A stretch of 64,000 nucleotides of DNA, from NCBI RefSeq assembly GCF_009914755.1, contig NC_060938.1. One strand, given 5' to 3'. The notes under the pieces are model-generated. The model ran no database searches and was not told where the DNA came from. It saw nothing but the letters and a program-made list of their open reading frames with translations. Each line of letters starts with the position of its first letter. Within the stretch, counting starts at the first letter, position 1. The stretch is from the human T2T-CHM13v2.0 reference genome, Homo sapiens. Shown piece by piece: positions 1 to 15,654 of this stretch. The position numbers and the translations under genes are program-made.

Positions 1-320
1 TTAAACATGACACTGAGCAAACTGGACCTAATAAACATCTACAAATTACTCCATCTATCAACCACAGAATATACATTCTTCTCATCTGTACATTAAACAT
101 ATTGTAATATCAACCACATGTTCTATCATAAAGCAAGTCTCAATAAATTTAAAAAAATCAAAATTATACCAAGCACATTTATGGATCACAGTGCAATATA
201 AATATAAATCAAGAATGGCTCTTAAAGCTACCCAAATAAATGGAAATTAAACAACTTGCTCCTGAGTAACTCTTGGATGGCAAAAAAATTAGTCAGAAAT
301 TTTAAAAAATTATTTGATCA
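1..320 (+). mobile_element. Old LINE-1 ORF2 (endonuclease region) fragment
   Basis: ggacctaataaacatctaca...acagaatatacattcttctca...aaatggaaattaaacaacttgctcctgag resembles L1 ORF2; runs off the window start. Confidence 0.8.
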
Positions 321-1756
321 AAGCAACATAGGCATATTGTTTGATAAATAATTATAAAAGAGATCAAGCAAAATTTTACTGGAAATATATCTTTTAAATG
401 ATTGAGGTATTTTTTTCTAGATCATTATCTATTGATATAATATTACTTCTTGCAAGCATCTGTCATAAAAAACTTTCTTAAGACTTAGAAATAGGCAAAA
501 GAGATTACTGTCCGTTCTACCAAAGGAGAGATGTTGTTCTCTTGCCAATCATCCAGTTATTGTCTAGTTCCATGGTGGTGTATTACTTTGTATAGCTTTT
601 ATTAACTAGGTTATTTTACAGCTTTGTAGGGTCAGAAGTTAAAATTATTTTTTAAATGATGGCAATGCAAACAATTTGTGTCCAAAGTGGTGAAAAAGTA
701 TGTTTTCTCATAAAGAACATAAATATTTTTAGTCAAACTCTCAAGTGAAGAGTGTTACTGGCTCTCTCATTAATTAATGAGTTGAAAAAAATTGACAAGT
801 GTTCATTTTATATTTGAGAGTCGTAATTTGACATTTTACAAGTTATAATTGCACAAATGGGACTAAGCTCACCATCAGTTCTATTCCTGTATATTTTTAT
901 AGATGTAATAACTTAGAAAACTCATTCACATTAAAGAAGAGATTTGTTAAATCAACATTTTTCTCTGTTTTAACTGCTTTAGAGTTGTCAAAAATAACAT
1001 AGTAATCTATTATTATATTAACCAATTGTCATATTTATACAATTAATAAAGCCCATTTATTATTAAATTATCATTAGTGGTTGACTATCCAACAAAACTG
1101 ATTCTCCAATACTGCTAAAAGCAAAGATTAAGAAACTACTAGATTTGCAAAATGTTCGTCACTCAGTAACTTGGCCATCTCAGAGATTTTGCACCTAGAG
1201 GAAACATATACACTATTCTTTCTTTTGCCTTGCCTTGATTCCTAAGGCATATAAATCCAGGAAATGGTACTGATAGAAAAGAAGAACTGGAAAATTATTT
1301 CCCTTCTTCTAATAAAGAAAAATCATTCAGAAATTTAGTTATTGGTATGTGTCCAAGTTTTTCACAATCTTACATTCAATGGATAAGAGCCATAGAAAAA
1401 CAATTAAAATATTTACAATTAATAGATTATAATAATATAACATCAATTAATAAATAATGATATATTATTAATAGGGCATTCCACAAGGCAAGAGAAGCTT
1501 AATCATGTGTTTAATCATGATTAGATTAAACACACAAGAAATAATGGTTAAAGACCTGATAATTGAGACTTAATAAGCTGAGTGGGTAACTCTTTGACAG
1601 AGCATATCTTAATTACAAGAAAAGTTATCAGAAAATATTTAAAGACTTTGTTGGGAATGCTAATTTCTTCTAAGGATAAAACTGGGAAAAAATATTTTGG
1701 TCTATTCGTCTGGGACTATTTTTTTTTTTTTTTTTTACTTTCAGACACTTCTTAAC

Positions 1757-1880
1757 AATTGTACTATGATTTTGAATGATGTTAACATTAGGGGAAGTAG
1801 TGTCAGAGATATAAGAGAAATCTCTGTGCTACTTTTGCAATTCTTCATAAGTCTAAAATTAGTTCAAATTAAAAAGCTAT
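1757..1880 (+). mobile_element. L1M (MB-ME type) 3' end fragment
   Basis: gatgttaacattaggggaag...aaatctctgtgctacttttgcaattcttc..taagtctaaaatt is typical of an L1M 3' terminus. Confidence 0.6.
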
Positions 1881-3228
1881 AAATGAAGTGTTTGTGTACC
1901 CTCAAGTTTATAGACAGTTACTACCACATGCAAAGCAAAGAAACAGTGAGAAGTAAATGAACATATAATTTCCATATAATTTCTCACACATAGAGAGTGC
2001 ACAATAAATGTAAACAAATATATTACTAAAGTTGGGTATATATAATTGTTACACGGTTTGGTCATGTATCATATTTTTTGCTTAATTTTAACTCTTTCTT
2101 TTGTTATTTTATATTTTGACTTTTAATATAGAAAGTGAGAAATTTCCTTTTATGTTTTAGAATTGGTTGAGAGCAAATATTTTATCATAACACATATCAT
2201 GATTAAACAAAATTCTGCCTTATTAAAACATTCCTAGAGTGGCCATGCATATATAAAATATACATAAAGTATAGATATTTTTCATACTGATTCTTCTTTC
2301 ATATTTTCGCTTTTTAAAACTTTATTTCAACGTAACTATGCTTTCAGAAATACACTCATATTGGTTAATAGAGTAAAATTTAAGTTTAACTTATCCTACA
2401 AAATTTGGACCAAAAACTTGGTACATGGTTTAAGATTCTTAAAAAGGATTTGCAATCTGGTTTATTTTTGTCTATTACAAATGTATAAGAGATCCTCCAT
2501 CAAATGCTGCTAAAGAAGGCAGCAAGAACCTTGAGAAATTTACCACTGGTTTGCCTCAGAAAAATAACAAGTAATATTCTGCATAAATTTGTAAAATTGG
2601 TACAACAAAAAATTGTTGTAATGTTTTAATGCCAGTTTAGAAAGTTCAATAACTAATGGGTATGGAAGGGACTGGGAGGGAACCTATATACACATGTGAA
2701 ACTCTAAAAGCTATCTGATTTAGTTAATATTGCATGTAGATTGTAAATCTACACAAACCAAGATTCAGATAATTTCTTCAATCTGAGTTAACACTATCTG
2801 TTCACTTCAGCTGCTGAGGTCAGTCAGGAAACTGGGAACATTAACTGTAGATTTTCTGACTCATGCATAAAAGAAAATTAAGTTTCTTCCTCAGCTTTTC
2901 AGTCCAGAAATGACAGTATACTACAGGCAAAGTATTCCTTCCATTGTCAGCATTCATAGGGTGACATGTAATGAGGTCTACTTGGGTTTTAACTTGTATT
3001 AGCACTCATATGCAAAACAGTCTCCAAAGTTAATGACCACATGACTTTAGAAGTGACTATAAAAAATAAAATGGCCCTTCTTAGAAGACTAGAGCAAAAC
3101 ATCCAGCCATGGTTAAAGCCTTATTTTTAAAAATGCAGTCCCTTGTGAATTACACAATTAAAAAAAGTAGCCCCAAAATAAGAAGTAGCTCTGAAGAACA
3201 GAGGAAAAAATATAACTTAAAATATCTT

Positions 3229-4893
<1,665 letters not shown>

Positions 4894-5470
4894 TAGTTAA
4901 GAGATTCGTTCTCATAAGACTACCTACGATTAAGGCTTATAATGTATTCTCGTATTTCAAGCTTATCACAAGTTACTAAACATCAATTTACAAATAACAT
5001 GTTCATTTTTCATTCTTTTATCAAAAGAGAAAAATTCTAGCTTAAATTCTACCCAGTGTAGGGGAGGAGGACTAGAAAATAGAAAAGATTCAAACAGTCC
5101 CATGTAAATATCACATTTTTTCAAATGGAAGAACTTCCAACTGGACCAGAAGTTCATACTGCTAATGCACTTTTCATTGAAACAATTATTAATAAGTACA
5201 AATATGTGACATTAAGGGTAAGAACCTAATATAGGCCTGACAATCAAGTCCTTTTGGAATTTATTCAACAAAAGTATTATGAGGACAAAAAACAAGTACT
5301 CAACATCCAAAGTTTTAAACACAAGCTCTTTCTTAGAAATAAAATCATTAATAACAGGACATGTTCCTAGTGGTATTTTGCAGTCAATCCTAAAACAGTT
5401 TATAGCCGATGATATTTAGTGAGGAACTATTTTTATAATATATATGGCATTTTTACTTAATTCCATCTTT

Positions 5471-5759
5471 TATTTATTTATTTTTTTTTGAGATGGAGTC
5501 TCACTCTGTCACCAGGCTGGAGTGCAATGGCGGTCTTGGCTCACTGCAACCTCCTCCCAGGTTCAAGCAATTCTCCTGCTTCAGCCTCCCAAATAGCTGG
5601 GACTACACGCACACACCACCATGCCTGGCTAATTTTTATATTTTTTGTAGAGATGGGGTTTCACCATGTTGGTCAGATCTTGAACTCCTGACTTCGTGAT
5701 CTGCCCACCTCGGCCTCCCAAAGTGCTGGGATTACAGGCATGAGCCACCGTGCCTGGCC
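5471..5759 (-). mobile_element. AluS (AluSc-like)
   Basis: Dimeric Alu with the tail on the left; 12-bp TSD AATTCCATCTTT at 5459-5470 and 5760-5771. Confidence 0.93.
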
Positions 5760-6499
5760 AATTCCATCTTTAAATCAAAACAAATTTGAAGTGATTTTAA
5801 TAGAACCTGATATTCCTTGGAAATGATGAGTTACTAACATGTAGAAATGAACGAGGTTTGTTTTCATGATGACTGATTCTATAAGGAAATGATTTGTAAT
5901 TAATAAATGTTTGCTATGGTGAACTGAATTTTATCTAGATGATGTCTCAGTATTGCTTTCTCATAATTAATTTTACCCAAAACAATTAGTCCTTCCCATT
6001 CCTCGTCTCATTCTGTAGCCTCCAGACACTTCATTTATTCCATGACTTAGCATTTTTTGTTTGTTTAGCTATTCTGTAAAAGCATTTCTATTATTCACCA
6101 TGCATACCTCCATTCTTTGCCAAGCATGTTTTCAGTGTGTCATAGTCTAGCTGAATTTTGTCCCTTTGTTAATGCCTTCTACATTCTGCAAGTCTGCTTT
6201 GTTTTACAAATCAAATTTTACTGTTTCAATTGTTATTTCTTATATTCACCAAATTATTCTGAAGCAAAATTTAACCTATTTCTTTATAACTCATGATTTT
6301 TTTTATTTGTATATGAACAAATAATTAATTTTTCTAAATATTCATAAATTCCCTGTGGGAGTTTTATGGGCTGAGATTTTTCTACATTTTTTTTCTTTAT
6401 TTTACAAAATATATTAGATGATTTTATGGAGATTCATAAATTTATTTTTCATTTTGCTTTTTTTGCAGTTATATTCTTATTAGAAATTAGGTATATTAA

Positions 6500-6700
6500 T
6501 ATACTATGCATCAGGTTAAGTGCTAAGTAATCTATATGCATTATTTTATTACATTAAAAGAACTCTATAAAAATTTATGTCATTGCACCCACCCTTCAAT
6601 TGATGAAACTGAAGGACAGATATTCTAAGTAAATTTCCTAGGCCGGTTTTGTAGCTAACAAATGAAAGACTTTAAATTAAGATCCTGCAACCACACATCT
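6500..6700 (-). mobile_element. MIR
   Basis: Core ...tgatgaaactgaaggacaga...aagtaaatttcct resembles the MIR reverse complement. Confidence 0.55.
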
Positions 6701-7900
6701 TGTATTCTGTAAATATTGATTCATGCAATTTACCTTATTGTTTCTTAATAACTGACAGCAGGTCCATTTCATTCAAGGACTAATGATGCTTTTTGTCAGT
6801 ACACTTAAAAGAGATTTCTTTATTTTGGAAAACAGATGTGCCAAAGGCTGATAATGTTGAATCTGAAGCCTTCAAGGCCAGTGTCTCATTTCTGTGGTCT
6901 GGGGAAAAGTATGAAGTTGTAATAAACTAAATACCACTTTGGGGTTTGAATAGTGGATTCAAATATATGCATCACAGCTATGTGTAACCTCTGCCTGTTT
7001 TGTCCTCCAATCTCACCATCGTTTGATATCCAAACCTAAGTGGCATGGGAGAAGGGTACAAAGGAAAAGTTATAATCATCCTAATGTCTTTATTTTCCTG
7101 ACCATCACACAGCCACCTAATAGATACTTCCAGAGAATGTGGTAAGAGATCAGGACTTTGTCAGTTTTGTCCCTAGAGTGCAGTCAATGTCCTCCTACCA
7201 ATCCAGAGACTCACATGTACTACAGGTGCTATGGCTCTTTCTCAATCCTGCTTCAAGCGTGCATTTGTAGAATTATAACAGATATCTTTATTTGAAAAAA
7301 GGACTTCCACAGTTTGTTTATCTGTTTGCCACTTAACTTTTTTGACACTTGCATGGCTATTTTAATGAGAAATAGAGAGAGGCAATCACAAACAGAAAAG
7401 CTTGGTTAACAGCTTTTAGAAGCACTGGCTTGTGTTCATGGATGCAAATATAATATTTGAACATCAAAGAAACCTTTGAAGCCAGCATTTTTTCACCCAG
7501 ATATTAATTCAAAAAATTTTTAATTTTCCTTCATGTTTTTGGACCCTTTGCTTTCAGATTAATATATTTAATTACTCTATACAAACATGTGCATATCTAA
7601 AACATTAAGAGATAAACAAAATATATTATTCTGATATTTTGAATGAGAAAGGGTCGTATACATACACTTTCTAAAATAATTTAATAGAAAAATTACATCA
7701 ACTTTAACAACATAATTAGATGAAAAGTAGCATGTCTCTTTTATAATTATCTTAAAATTTTTAAAGAAATGACTTAATTTAACTTGAAAATTTATTCACA
7801 GATATAATCATCTGTCTTAACAATGTTTGGAATTCAAAACCATATGCCCGTTAAGTATATATTCTCCCTATTCTGAAAAGTGTATTATGTATTTCAAATT

Positions 7901-7971
7901 ATACACACACACACAAGTATATGTGTGTGTATGTATATATATATATATATGTGTGTGCATATATGTGTATA

Positions 7972-8005
<34 letters not shown>
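7901..8005. repeat. Compound (CA)n/(TA)n/(TG)n microsatellite
   Basis: About 100 bp of almost continuous purine-pyrimidine alternation. Confidence 0.95.
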
Positions 8006-9136
8006 ACAACCTTGTTTTCAGATTGTTGTTATGGTTGTTGTTTACCTAGAGCTGTTTAGCATTCCCTTCTACTATGCCTCGTTCATTTTGTGACTCTACT
8101 TTTAAATGTCTCCAGAGATTTTTCATTAAAAAAAAATCTCTGCCCTGCTTTTTACAGAAAGCCTCTTGGGATTTCTAACTGTTGATATCCCAGCCATCAG
8201 TCCAGGTTTCTTCCCCCAACATCTCCTTTTCTCCTTTGCCTGATACCCGCATGCTTAGCTCCTTTCCTTTGCCTCGCCACCACTCATTTTCTACTCCTCA
8301 GTGTTTCCCTTCTTCCCAGGCTCCTAGCTCTTGCTTCTGCTATTCCAAACCAGCTGCATCCTCTGCTTTCATACCCCTATTGATGTTTCTTTTTATAAAA
8401 TGCTTTCCCGTTTTCTTTTGTCTATTTTACTTTTATAGATTCAATTAAAGTCTATCTTTTGCAAAAAACTTTGCCAAAGAACACAAATGCTGATTTTCCT
8501 CCAGATTCCTAAACTCCTTATAGTTCAATACAAAAGTATAAAGTACTTATCGAATTATTTATCCTTGTATACTGTTTATGCTGAAATTTCAAAATTTCAG
8601 TTGTTCAAACTACATTTTTTCTCCCACAACAGTTTTTCACAATGGTAGATGAGTTGTATTATGAGAACTCTTACTAGAAAGAGTTATGAGAAAAAATATT
8701 TGACCACCTTACTGTACTCCATCTTGGTTTGATTCACTGTGCCAATTTGATTTAGCCACCCTAAAGTGTACAGAAAGAGAAATAACTCCTTAAATTAGTT
8801 CATAGATCAGCAATCAGCCAACATAGTACTCCCTGGCAGCCAACCAATCCTCAGTTGTCAAAGACAGACTTGACTAACAGAACAATCACTTTTTCTGATA
8901 AAATATGTTGGACTTTCCCTTAATAAGAAACCCCCTTTGCCTCTGTTTGAAGTTAATGGCCTTCACAGAGAATGCTCTTCCTTGTGATGTATATGAGTTG
9001 ATAAAATATGCTTTTTAAAAAAGTAAAAGCACCATTCTAATACAGATATAAAATTAATGCATGTCAAAGATTGTATACATACTTATTGAGGGAACCAGTT
9101 TTGACTCAAATAAAAATTGGACATATACAATATATG

Positions 9137-11597
9137 CTTGCACACCTTGGTGATATTGCAGGTTGTATTCCAGACCACCACAATAAAGTGAATATAGAAA
9201 TAAGGTGATTGCTTCATTCACTAAAACCAATTAATTTTTTTTTGTTTTCCAAGGCACATAAAAGTTATGTTTACAATATACTCTAGTCTATTAAATGTGC
9301 AATAGCATTATGTCTAAAAATATGTACATAACTAAACTAAAAAATATTTTGCTGCTAAAAAAACTAATGATCATCTGAGCCTTCAGAGAGCTGTAATATT
9401 TTTACTGGAGAAGGATCTTTCTTCAATGTTGATGGCTACGAACTGATTAGGGTGGTGGTTGCTGAAGGCTGGGGTGGCTGTGGCAATTTTTAAAAATTCG
9501 ACAGCAATGAAGTTTTTGCTCCATCAAAGGACTCTTCCTTTCATGAAAAATTTCTTTGTAGTATGCGATGTTCTTCAATAACATTTCATCCACAGTAGAA
9601 CTTCTTTCAAAATTGGAGTCAGTCCTCTCAAATTCAGCCACTGCTTTATCAACAAAATTGATTAAATATTCTAAATCTTTTGTTGTCATTCCAACAACAT
9701 TGACAACTTCACCAGGTTGTGAATGTTACTGAAATGACAACAACAGATTTTGAATATTCAATAAATACATTGTGTCTCAAGAAACCACTTTCATTCCTCA
9801 TCCATTAAAAAAAAAACTCCGCATCAGTTAAAATTTTATCATCAGATTATAACAATTTAGTCACATCTTTGGGCTCCTATTCTAATTCTACTCCCTTGCT
9901 CGATCACATCTGCAATTATTTCCTCCACTGAAGTCTTAAATCCCTAAAATATCATCCATGAGGTTTGGAATCAATTTCTTTCAAACTCTTGTTAATGTTG
10001 ATATTTTGACCTTGTCCCATGAATCATGAATGTTCTTAATGGCATCTAGAATAATAAATCCTTTCCAGAAAGTTTTTAATGTACTTTGCCCAGATTTATT
10101 AAGGTATCACTATTTATTGCAGCAATACTGTATGAAATGTATTTCATAGATAATAAGGCTTGAAAGTCAAGTCTTGATCCATGGGCTAAAGAATGGATAT
10201 TTTGTTAGCAGGCATGAACACAACATTAATCTCTTTGTACATCTCCATTAGAGCTCTGGGGTAACCAGGTGCATTGTCAATGAGCAGTAATATTTTGAAA
10301 GAAATCTTTTTTCTGAGCAATGGCTCTCAATAGTAGGCATAAAATACTCAGTAAACCATATTACAAACAAATTTACTGTCACCCAGACTTTGTTGTTTAA
10401 TTTATAGAGCATAGGAAGAGTAGATTTAGCATAATTCTTAAGGGCCCTATGCTCTTCAGAATGGTAAACATGCATTCGTTTCAACTTAAAGTCACCAGCT
10501 GCATTAGGTCCTGAAAAGAGAGTCAGCCTGCCCTCTGACGTTGTGAAGCCAGGCATCGATTTCTCTTCTACTTTGAAAGTCCAAGGTGGCATATTTTTTT
10601 TCAATAGAAGGCTGTTTCATCTACGTTGAAAATCTATTGTTTTAATGACACCCTCATTAACGACCTTAACTAGATCTTCTGGGTCACTTTCTTCTACATC
10701 AGCACTTGCTGCTTTGCCTTGCACTTTTTATGTTATAGAGATGGCTTCTTTCCTTAAACCTCATGAGCCAACATGTGTTAACCTCACATTTTTCTCCTGC
10801 AATTTCCCCACCTCTCTCAGCTTTCATAGAATTGAAGAGAGTTAGGTCCTTGTTCTATATTAGGCTTACAAGAATGTTGTTGCTGATTTGGTCTTTTATC
10901 CAAACTACTAAACTTTCTCCATATTAGCAATAAGGGTGTTTTGCTTTCTTATCATTTGTATGTTCACTGGAGTAGTACTTTTAATTTCCTTCAAGAACTT
11001 CAACTTTGCATTAAAAATTTGGCTGTTTGGTGCAAGAGGCCCAGCTTTTGGCCGCTCAGCTCTCGACATGCCTTCCTCACTAAGCTTAATCATTTCTAGC
11101 TTTAGATTTAACATGAGAGATATGAGACTCTTCCTTTCACTTGGACACTTAGAAGTCACTGTAGGACTATTAATTGGTCTATTTCAATATTGCTGTGTCT
11201 CAGAGAATAGGCAGGCCAGGAGAGAGAGAAAGAGAGAGAGAGAGACAGAGAGAGAGACAGAGGGAGACAGAGAGAGGAACTGCTGGTTGGTGGAGCAGTC
11301 AGAACACTAACATTACACTTGTCAATTAATTTTGCTATCTTATGAGTGCAGCCTATGGTGCTCCAAGACAATTACAATAATAACATAAAAAATCACTGAT
11401 CACAGATCATCATAACAAATATCAAAATAATGAAAAAGTTGGAAATATTTTGAGAATTCCCAAAATGTAATAGACAGATGAAGTCAGCATATGCTATTGG
11501 AAAAATGGTGCCACTAGACTTGCTCAACACAAGTTGCCCAAAATCTTCAATTTGTAAAAAATACATCAGTGAAGCACAGTAAAATTAGGTATGCCTG
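9137..11597 (-). mobile_element. Full-length Tigger1 DNA transposon (pogo/Tc1-mariner), degenerate transposase
   Basis: Right TIR reads CAGGCATACCT on minus at 11597, followed by TA. Left TIR is degenerate (cttgcacaccttgg at 9137). ORF remnants at 10908-11159 (CENP-B-like HTH), 10248-10604 (DDE region) and 9447-9689. Length about 2.46 kb. Confidence 0.93.
11221..11276. repeat. (GA)n microsatellite inside Tigger1
   Basis: agagagagaaagagagagagagagacagagagagagacagagggagacagagagag. Confidence 0.9.
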
Positions 11598-11756
11598 TAT
11601 TATATATACATATTATCTATTGGACATTGGACATTATATACTTGCATTAATAAACACAAGAAGCATTTGCACTCCCATCAATTTTCTACAACAAACTAAG
11701 TTGTTTTATCACTCAGGAATGTAAAATAGCCTGGTCAAAATAACAAAAGATACACA

Positions 11757-13996
11757 TTCTTTTTGTTGACTTCGATTTTAGACTGGGGAGTACATGTGAA
11801 GGTTTGTCACATAGGTAAACACGTGTCACGGGGGTTAATTGTACATATCACTTCATCACCCAGGTATTAAGCCCAGTACCAAATATTTATCTTTTCTGCT
11901 CCTCTCCCTCCTCCCACCCTCTGCCCTCATGTAGAACCCAGTGTGTCGTTTCCTTCTTTGTGTTCATAAGTTCCGATCATTTAGGTCCTCCTTGTAAGTG
12001 AGTACATGAGTGAGTACATGAGGTTTTCTGTTCCTGCATTAGTTTGCTAAGGATAATAGCCTCTAGCTCCATCCATGTTCCTGCAAAAGACATGATCTCA
12101 TTCTTTTTTACAGCTGCATACTATTCCATGGTATATATGTATCACATTTTCTTTATGCAATCTCTCATTGATGGGTATTTAGGCTGATTCCATGTCTTTG
12201 CTATTGTGAATAGTGCTTCAGTGAACATTTGCATTCATGTATCTTTATGGTAGAATGATTTGTATTCCTCTGGGTATATACCCAGTAATTGGATTGCTGG
12301 GCTGAAGGATAATTCTGCTTTCAGCTCTTTGAAGAATCTCCATACTGCCTTTCACAATGGTTGAACTAATTTACACTCCTACTAACGGTGTATATGGGTT
12401 CCTTTTTCTCCACAGCCTCACCAGCATCTGCTATTTTTTGACTTTTTACTAATAGCCATTCTGACTAGTGTGACATGATCTCCCATTGTGATTTTGAGTT
12501 GCATTTTTCTAATGATGAGTGACATTGAGCTTTTTTGTTCATATTATTGTTGGCCACACATATGTTGTCTTTTGAGAAGTGTCTGTTTAGGTCCTTTGCC
12601 CACTTTTTAATGGGGTTGTTTTTTTCTTGTAAATTTATGTTCCTTATTGATGCTGGACATTAGACCTCCGTCAGATGCATAGTTTGCAAAAATTTCCTCC
12701 CGTTATCTAGGTTGTCTGTTTCCTCTGTTAATAGTTTATTTTGCTGTGTAGAAGCTCTTAAGTTTAATTAGATCCCACTTGGCAATTTTTGCTTTTGTCG
12801 CAATTGCCTTTGGTGTCTTCATCACGAAATCTTTGCCTGTTCCTATATCCAGAATGGTATTCCTTAGGTTGTCTCTCAGGGTTTTTATAGTTTTGGATTT
12901 TACATTTAAGTCTTTAATCCATTTTGAGTTAGTTTTTATGTGTGGTGTAAGGAAAGGGTCCAGCTTCAATCTTCAGCATATGTCCAGCCAGTTATCCCAG
13001 CATCATTTATTGAATAGAGAGTCTTTTCCTCATTGCTTGCTGTTGTCACCTTTGCCAAAGATCAGATAGTCTCAGATGTGCAACCTTATTTCTGGGCTCT
13101 CTATTCTGTTCCATTGGTATATGTGCCCGTTTTTGTACAAGTACCATGCTGTTTTGGTTACTTTAGCCTTGTAGTGTAGTTGAAGTTAGGTAACGTTATG
13201 CTTCCAGCTTTGTTTTTTTTGCTTAGGATTGCCTTGGCTATTTGGGCTCTTTTTGTTTTTTTGGTCCCATATGAATTTTAAAATAGTTTTTTCTAGTTCT
13301 GTGAAGAATATAATTAACAGCTCGATAGGCATAGCATTGAGTCTGTAAGTTGCCTTGGGCAGTATAGCCATTTTAATGATACTGATTCTTCCTATCCACG
13401 AGCATGGGATGTTTTTCTATTTGTTTGTGTCTTCTCTGATTTCTTTGAGCAGGGTTTGGCAATTCTCATTTTAGAGATCTTTCACTTTTCTGGTTAGCTG
13501 TATTCCCAGGTATTTTATTCTTTTTGTGGCAATTGTGAATGAGATTGCCTTTCTGATTTGGCTCTTCATTTTGCTGTTGTGGTATATAGGAATGCTAGTA
13601 ATTTTTGTACATTGATTTTGTATCTTGCAATTTTGCTGAAGTTTTTATCAGCTGAAGGAGATTTTGGTCCAAGATTATGGTGTTTTCTCTATATAGAATT
13701 ATGTCATCTGCAAACAGAGAGAGTTTGACTTCCTCTCTTCCTATTTGGATGCCGTTTATTTCTTTCTCTTGCCTGATTGCTCTGGCTAGGATTTCAATAC
13801 TATGTTAAATAGAAGTTGTGAAAGAGGACAGCCTTGTCTTGTGCCCATTTTCAAGGGGAATGCCTCCAGGTTTCTCTCATTCAATATTATGTTGGTTGTG
13901 AGTTTGTCATAGAAGGCTGTTATTATTTTGAGGTATAGTCCTTGAATACCTAGTTTATTGAGAGTTTTTAACATGAAGGGATGTTGAAATTTATCA
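11757..13996 (-). mobile_element. 5'-truncated L1PA (older, about PA8-PA13), 2.2 kb
   Basis: L1 3' UTR plus ORF2 remnants (ORFs 12736-12969, 13186-13371, 13786-14004 containing GTRQGCPLS). Confidence 0.92.
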
Positions 13997-15654
13997 TAAT
14001 TCACATTATTTTTGAATCAGATTATTCCTAGAAGTATCTATAATACATGATCTAACAATCCATTGCAAGGATATGCAGTCATTGCTTTTGTTTATTTCTA
14101 TTAGAAGTAATTTATTTATTAATTCTGTTAGAAGTAATAGGCATTAGAGTTGCAATGATTTAAACAAAGGAGAAAGGGAAAGAGACAAATTCCTGGCTCA
14201 TAGTGTGTCACAGTCAGACACACTAAAATCATGTAAAATAAATTATAAAACAATATGACAAATATGAGATAAAGGTATGAATAAGTATTAAGAGTACTAT
14301 TCACTTTTGCTTTCAGAAGTGTCAAAAAACTTCAGAAGTGTTTAGATTAATAAAGCATTTTTTAAAAATAAATTCATTAAAGTTAACAAAGTATGAGTCT
14401 ATTTAAAATTAAGGAAAGCAGACAATTGAAAATTTAGAAACACTGTAAAAAGCAAAAACAAAAATAAAAGTCCATGCTTTAATACACAGCAATTAAGATT
14501 AATCCATTGGAGTTCCCTCAGACTTGAGATGGCCTTCCTCAACTTTCCTTCTTGAGTGTATATCTTAAGGAATGTGCCATTTGAGGTCTCTAACCTCTGC
14601 ACTTGTTACTTTCCTTCTAATACTAAGTTTTACTGCAACATTTTTTCGAGACTCTTGAAGTATTGGCACTTTTTCTTCCCCTTTGTTTTGTTCATCATTC
14701 TCTTGCTTTATTATTGCCATCACAAATTTATTATTCTTTAATCTGTGTTTGCTGATCTTTGGGAGAAAAAATAAAGGTTATGTTTATTTTAGAAATGTGC
14801 TGTAATATGTCTAACATTCCTACATATTTTTTTTTCTTTTTTTCAGTTTCAAGAAGAACAACCTTAAAGATGCTATCTTTTCAGGGCCCAGCACTTTCTT
14901 TAGTTTGGCTTCTTTCAACTCAGAGACAAAATGACGACAACAACAACAAAAACCCTAAAACAAAACAAAACAACTATAAGTTGTGTTTCCTTAGTTTTGT
15001 GTATATTTTGTCTACACGTCTAATATTATCTTTTGGTTATGTAACAATACTACTTTACACTGTCATGATGATTGTTACTTGTCCTTTTTCCAGTTTCCTA
15101 CTCGGTCCCTATTTTCAGTAGATTCATTATTAAAACATAAGATTAAAATTAGAAGAGGCTCATAGGAAAGAATGAGTTTTGTTTGCAAGTGCAAAGACTT
15201 GACCTGAGATGTCTTTGATGAGAAACAAAATTATAGAAATAGTATATTGTTGCACATAAGAAAATTAAGGGAAAGATAATGGTTATGAGAACTTCAGATT
15301 AAAATGCATTCAGGTCTCACCCTCTAATTCTTATTTCTATATTTGTCTGTATTCTCTTTAACTGTATTTCTTGAAAAAATGAGAAGCATTTACTTTTGTA
15401 TCAATAGGACTGCATGCTCGCAACTCTGATCTGGATAAAATACTGCTTTTCTCCCAGGAAACATTTAACATTAATAAGAAGACATGGAAGTCTTCTTATG
15501 TCTCTTGCTTTAGGTATATGTTTGTATTTTCGACTACTGTATCTACTGAGATGATGATGAATTTAGCTCTTTATTCTATTAATGTGGTGAATAAGATTGA
15601 TTGTTAAATGCTAACCCAGCATACATTTTTGGAATAAACCACACTAGATAAGTT

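Noticed and set aside
9447-11159. TIGD1-like protein fragments
   Set aside because: Broken by stops and frameshifts; this is a decayed Tigger1 transposase, not a domesticated gene.
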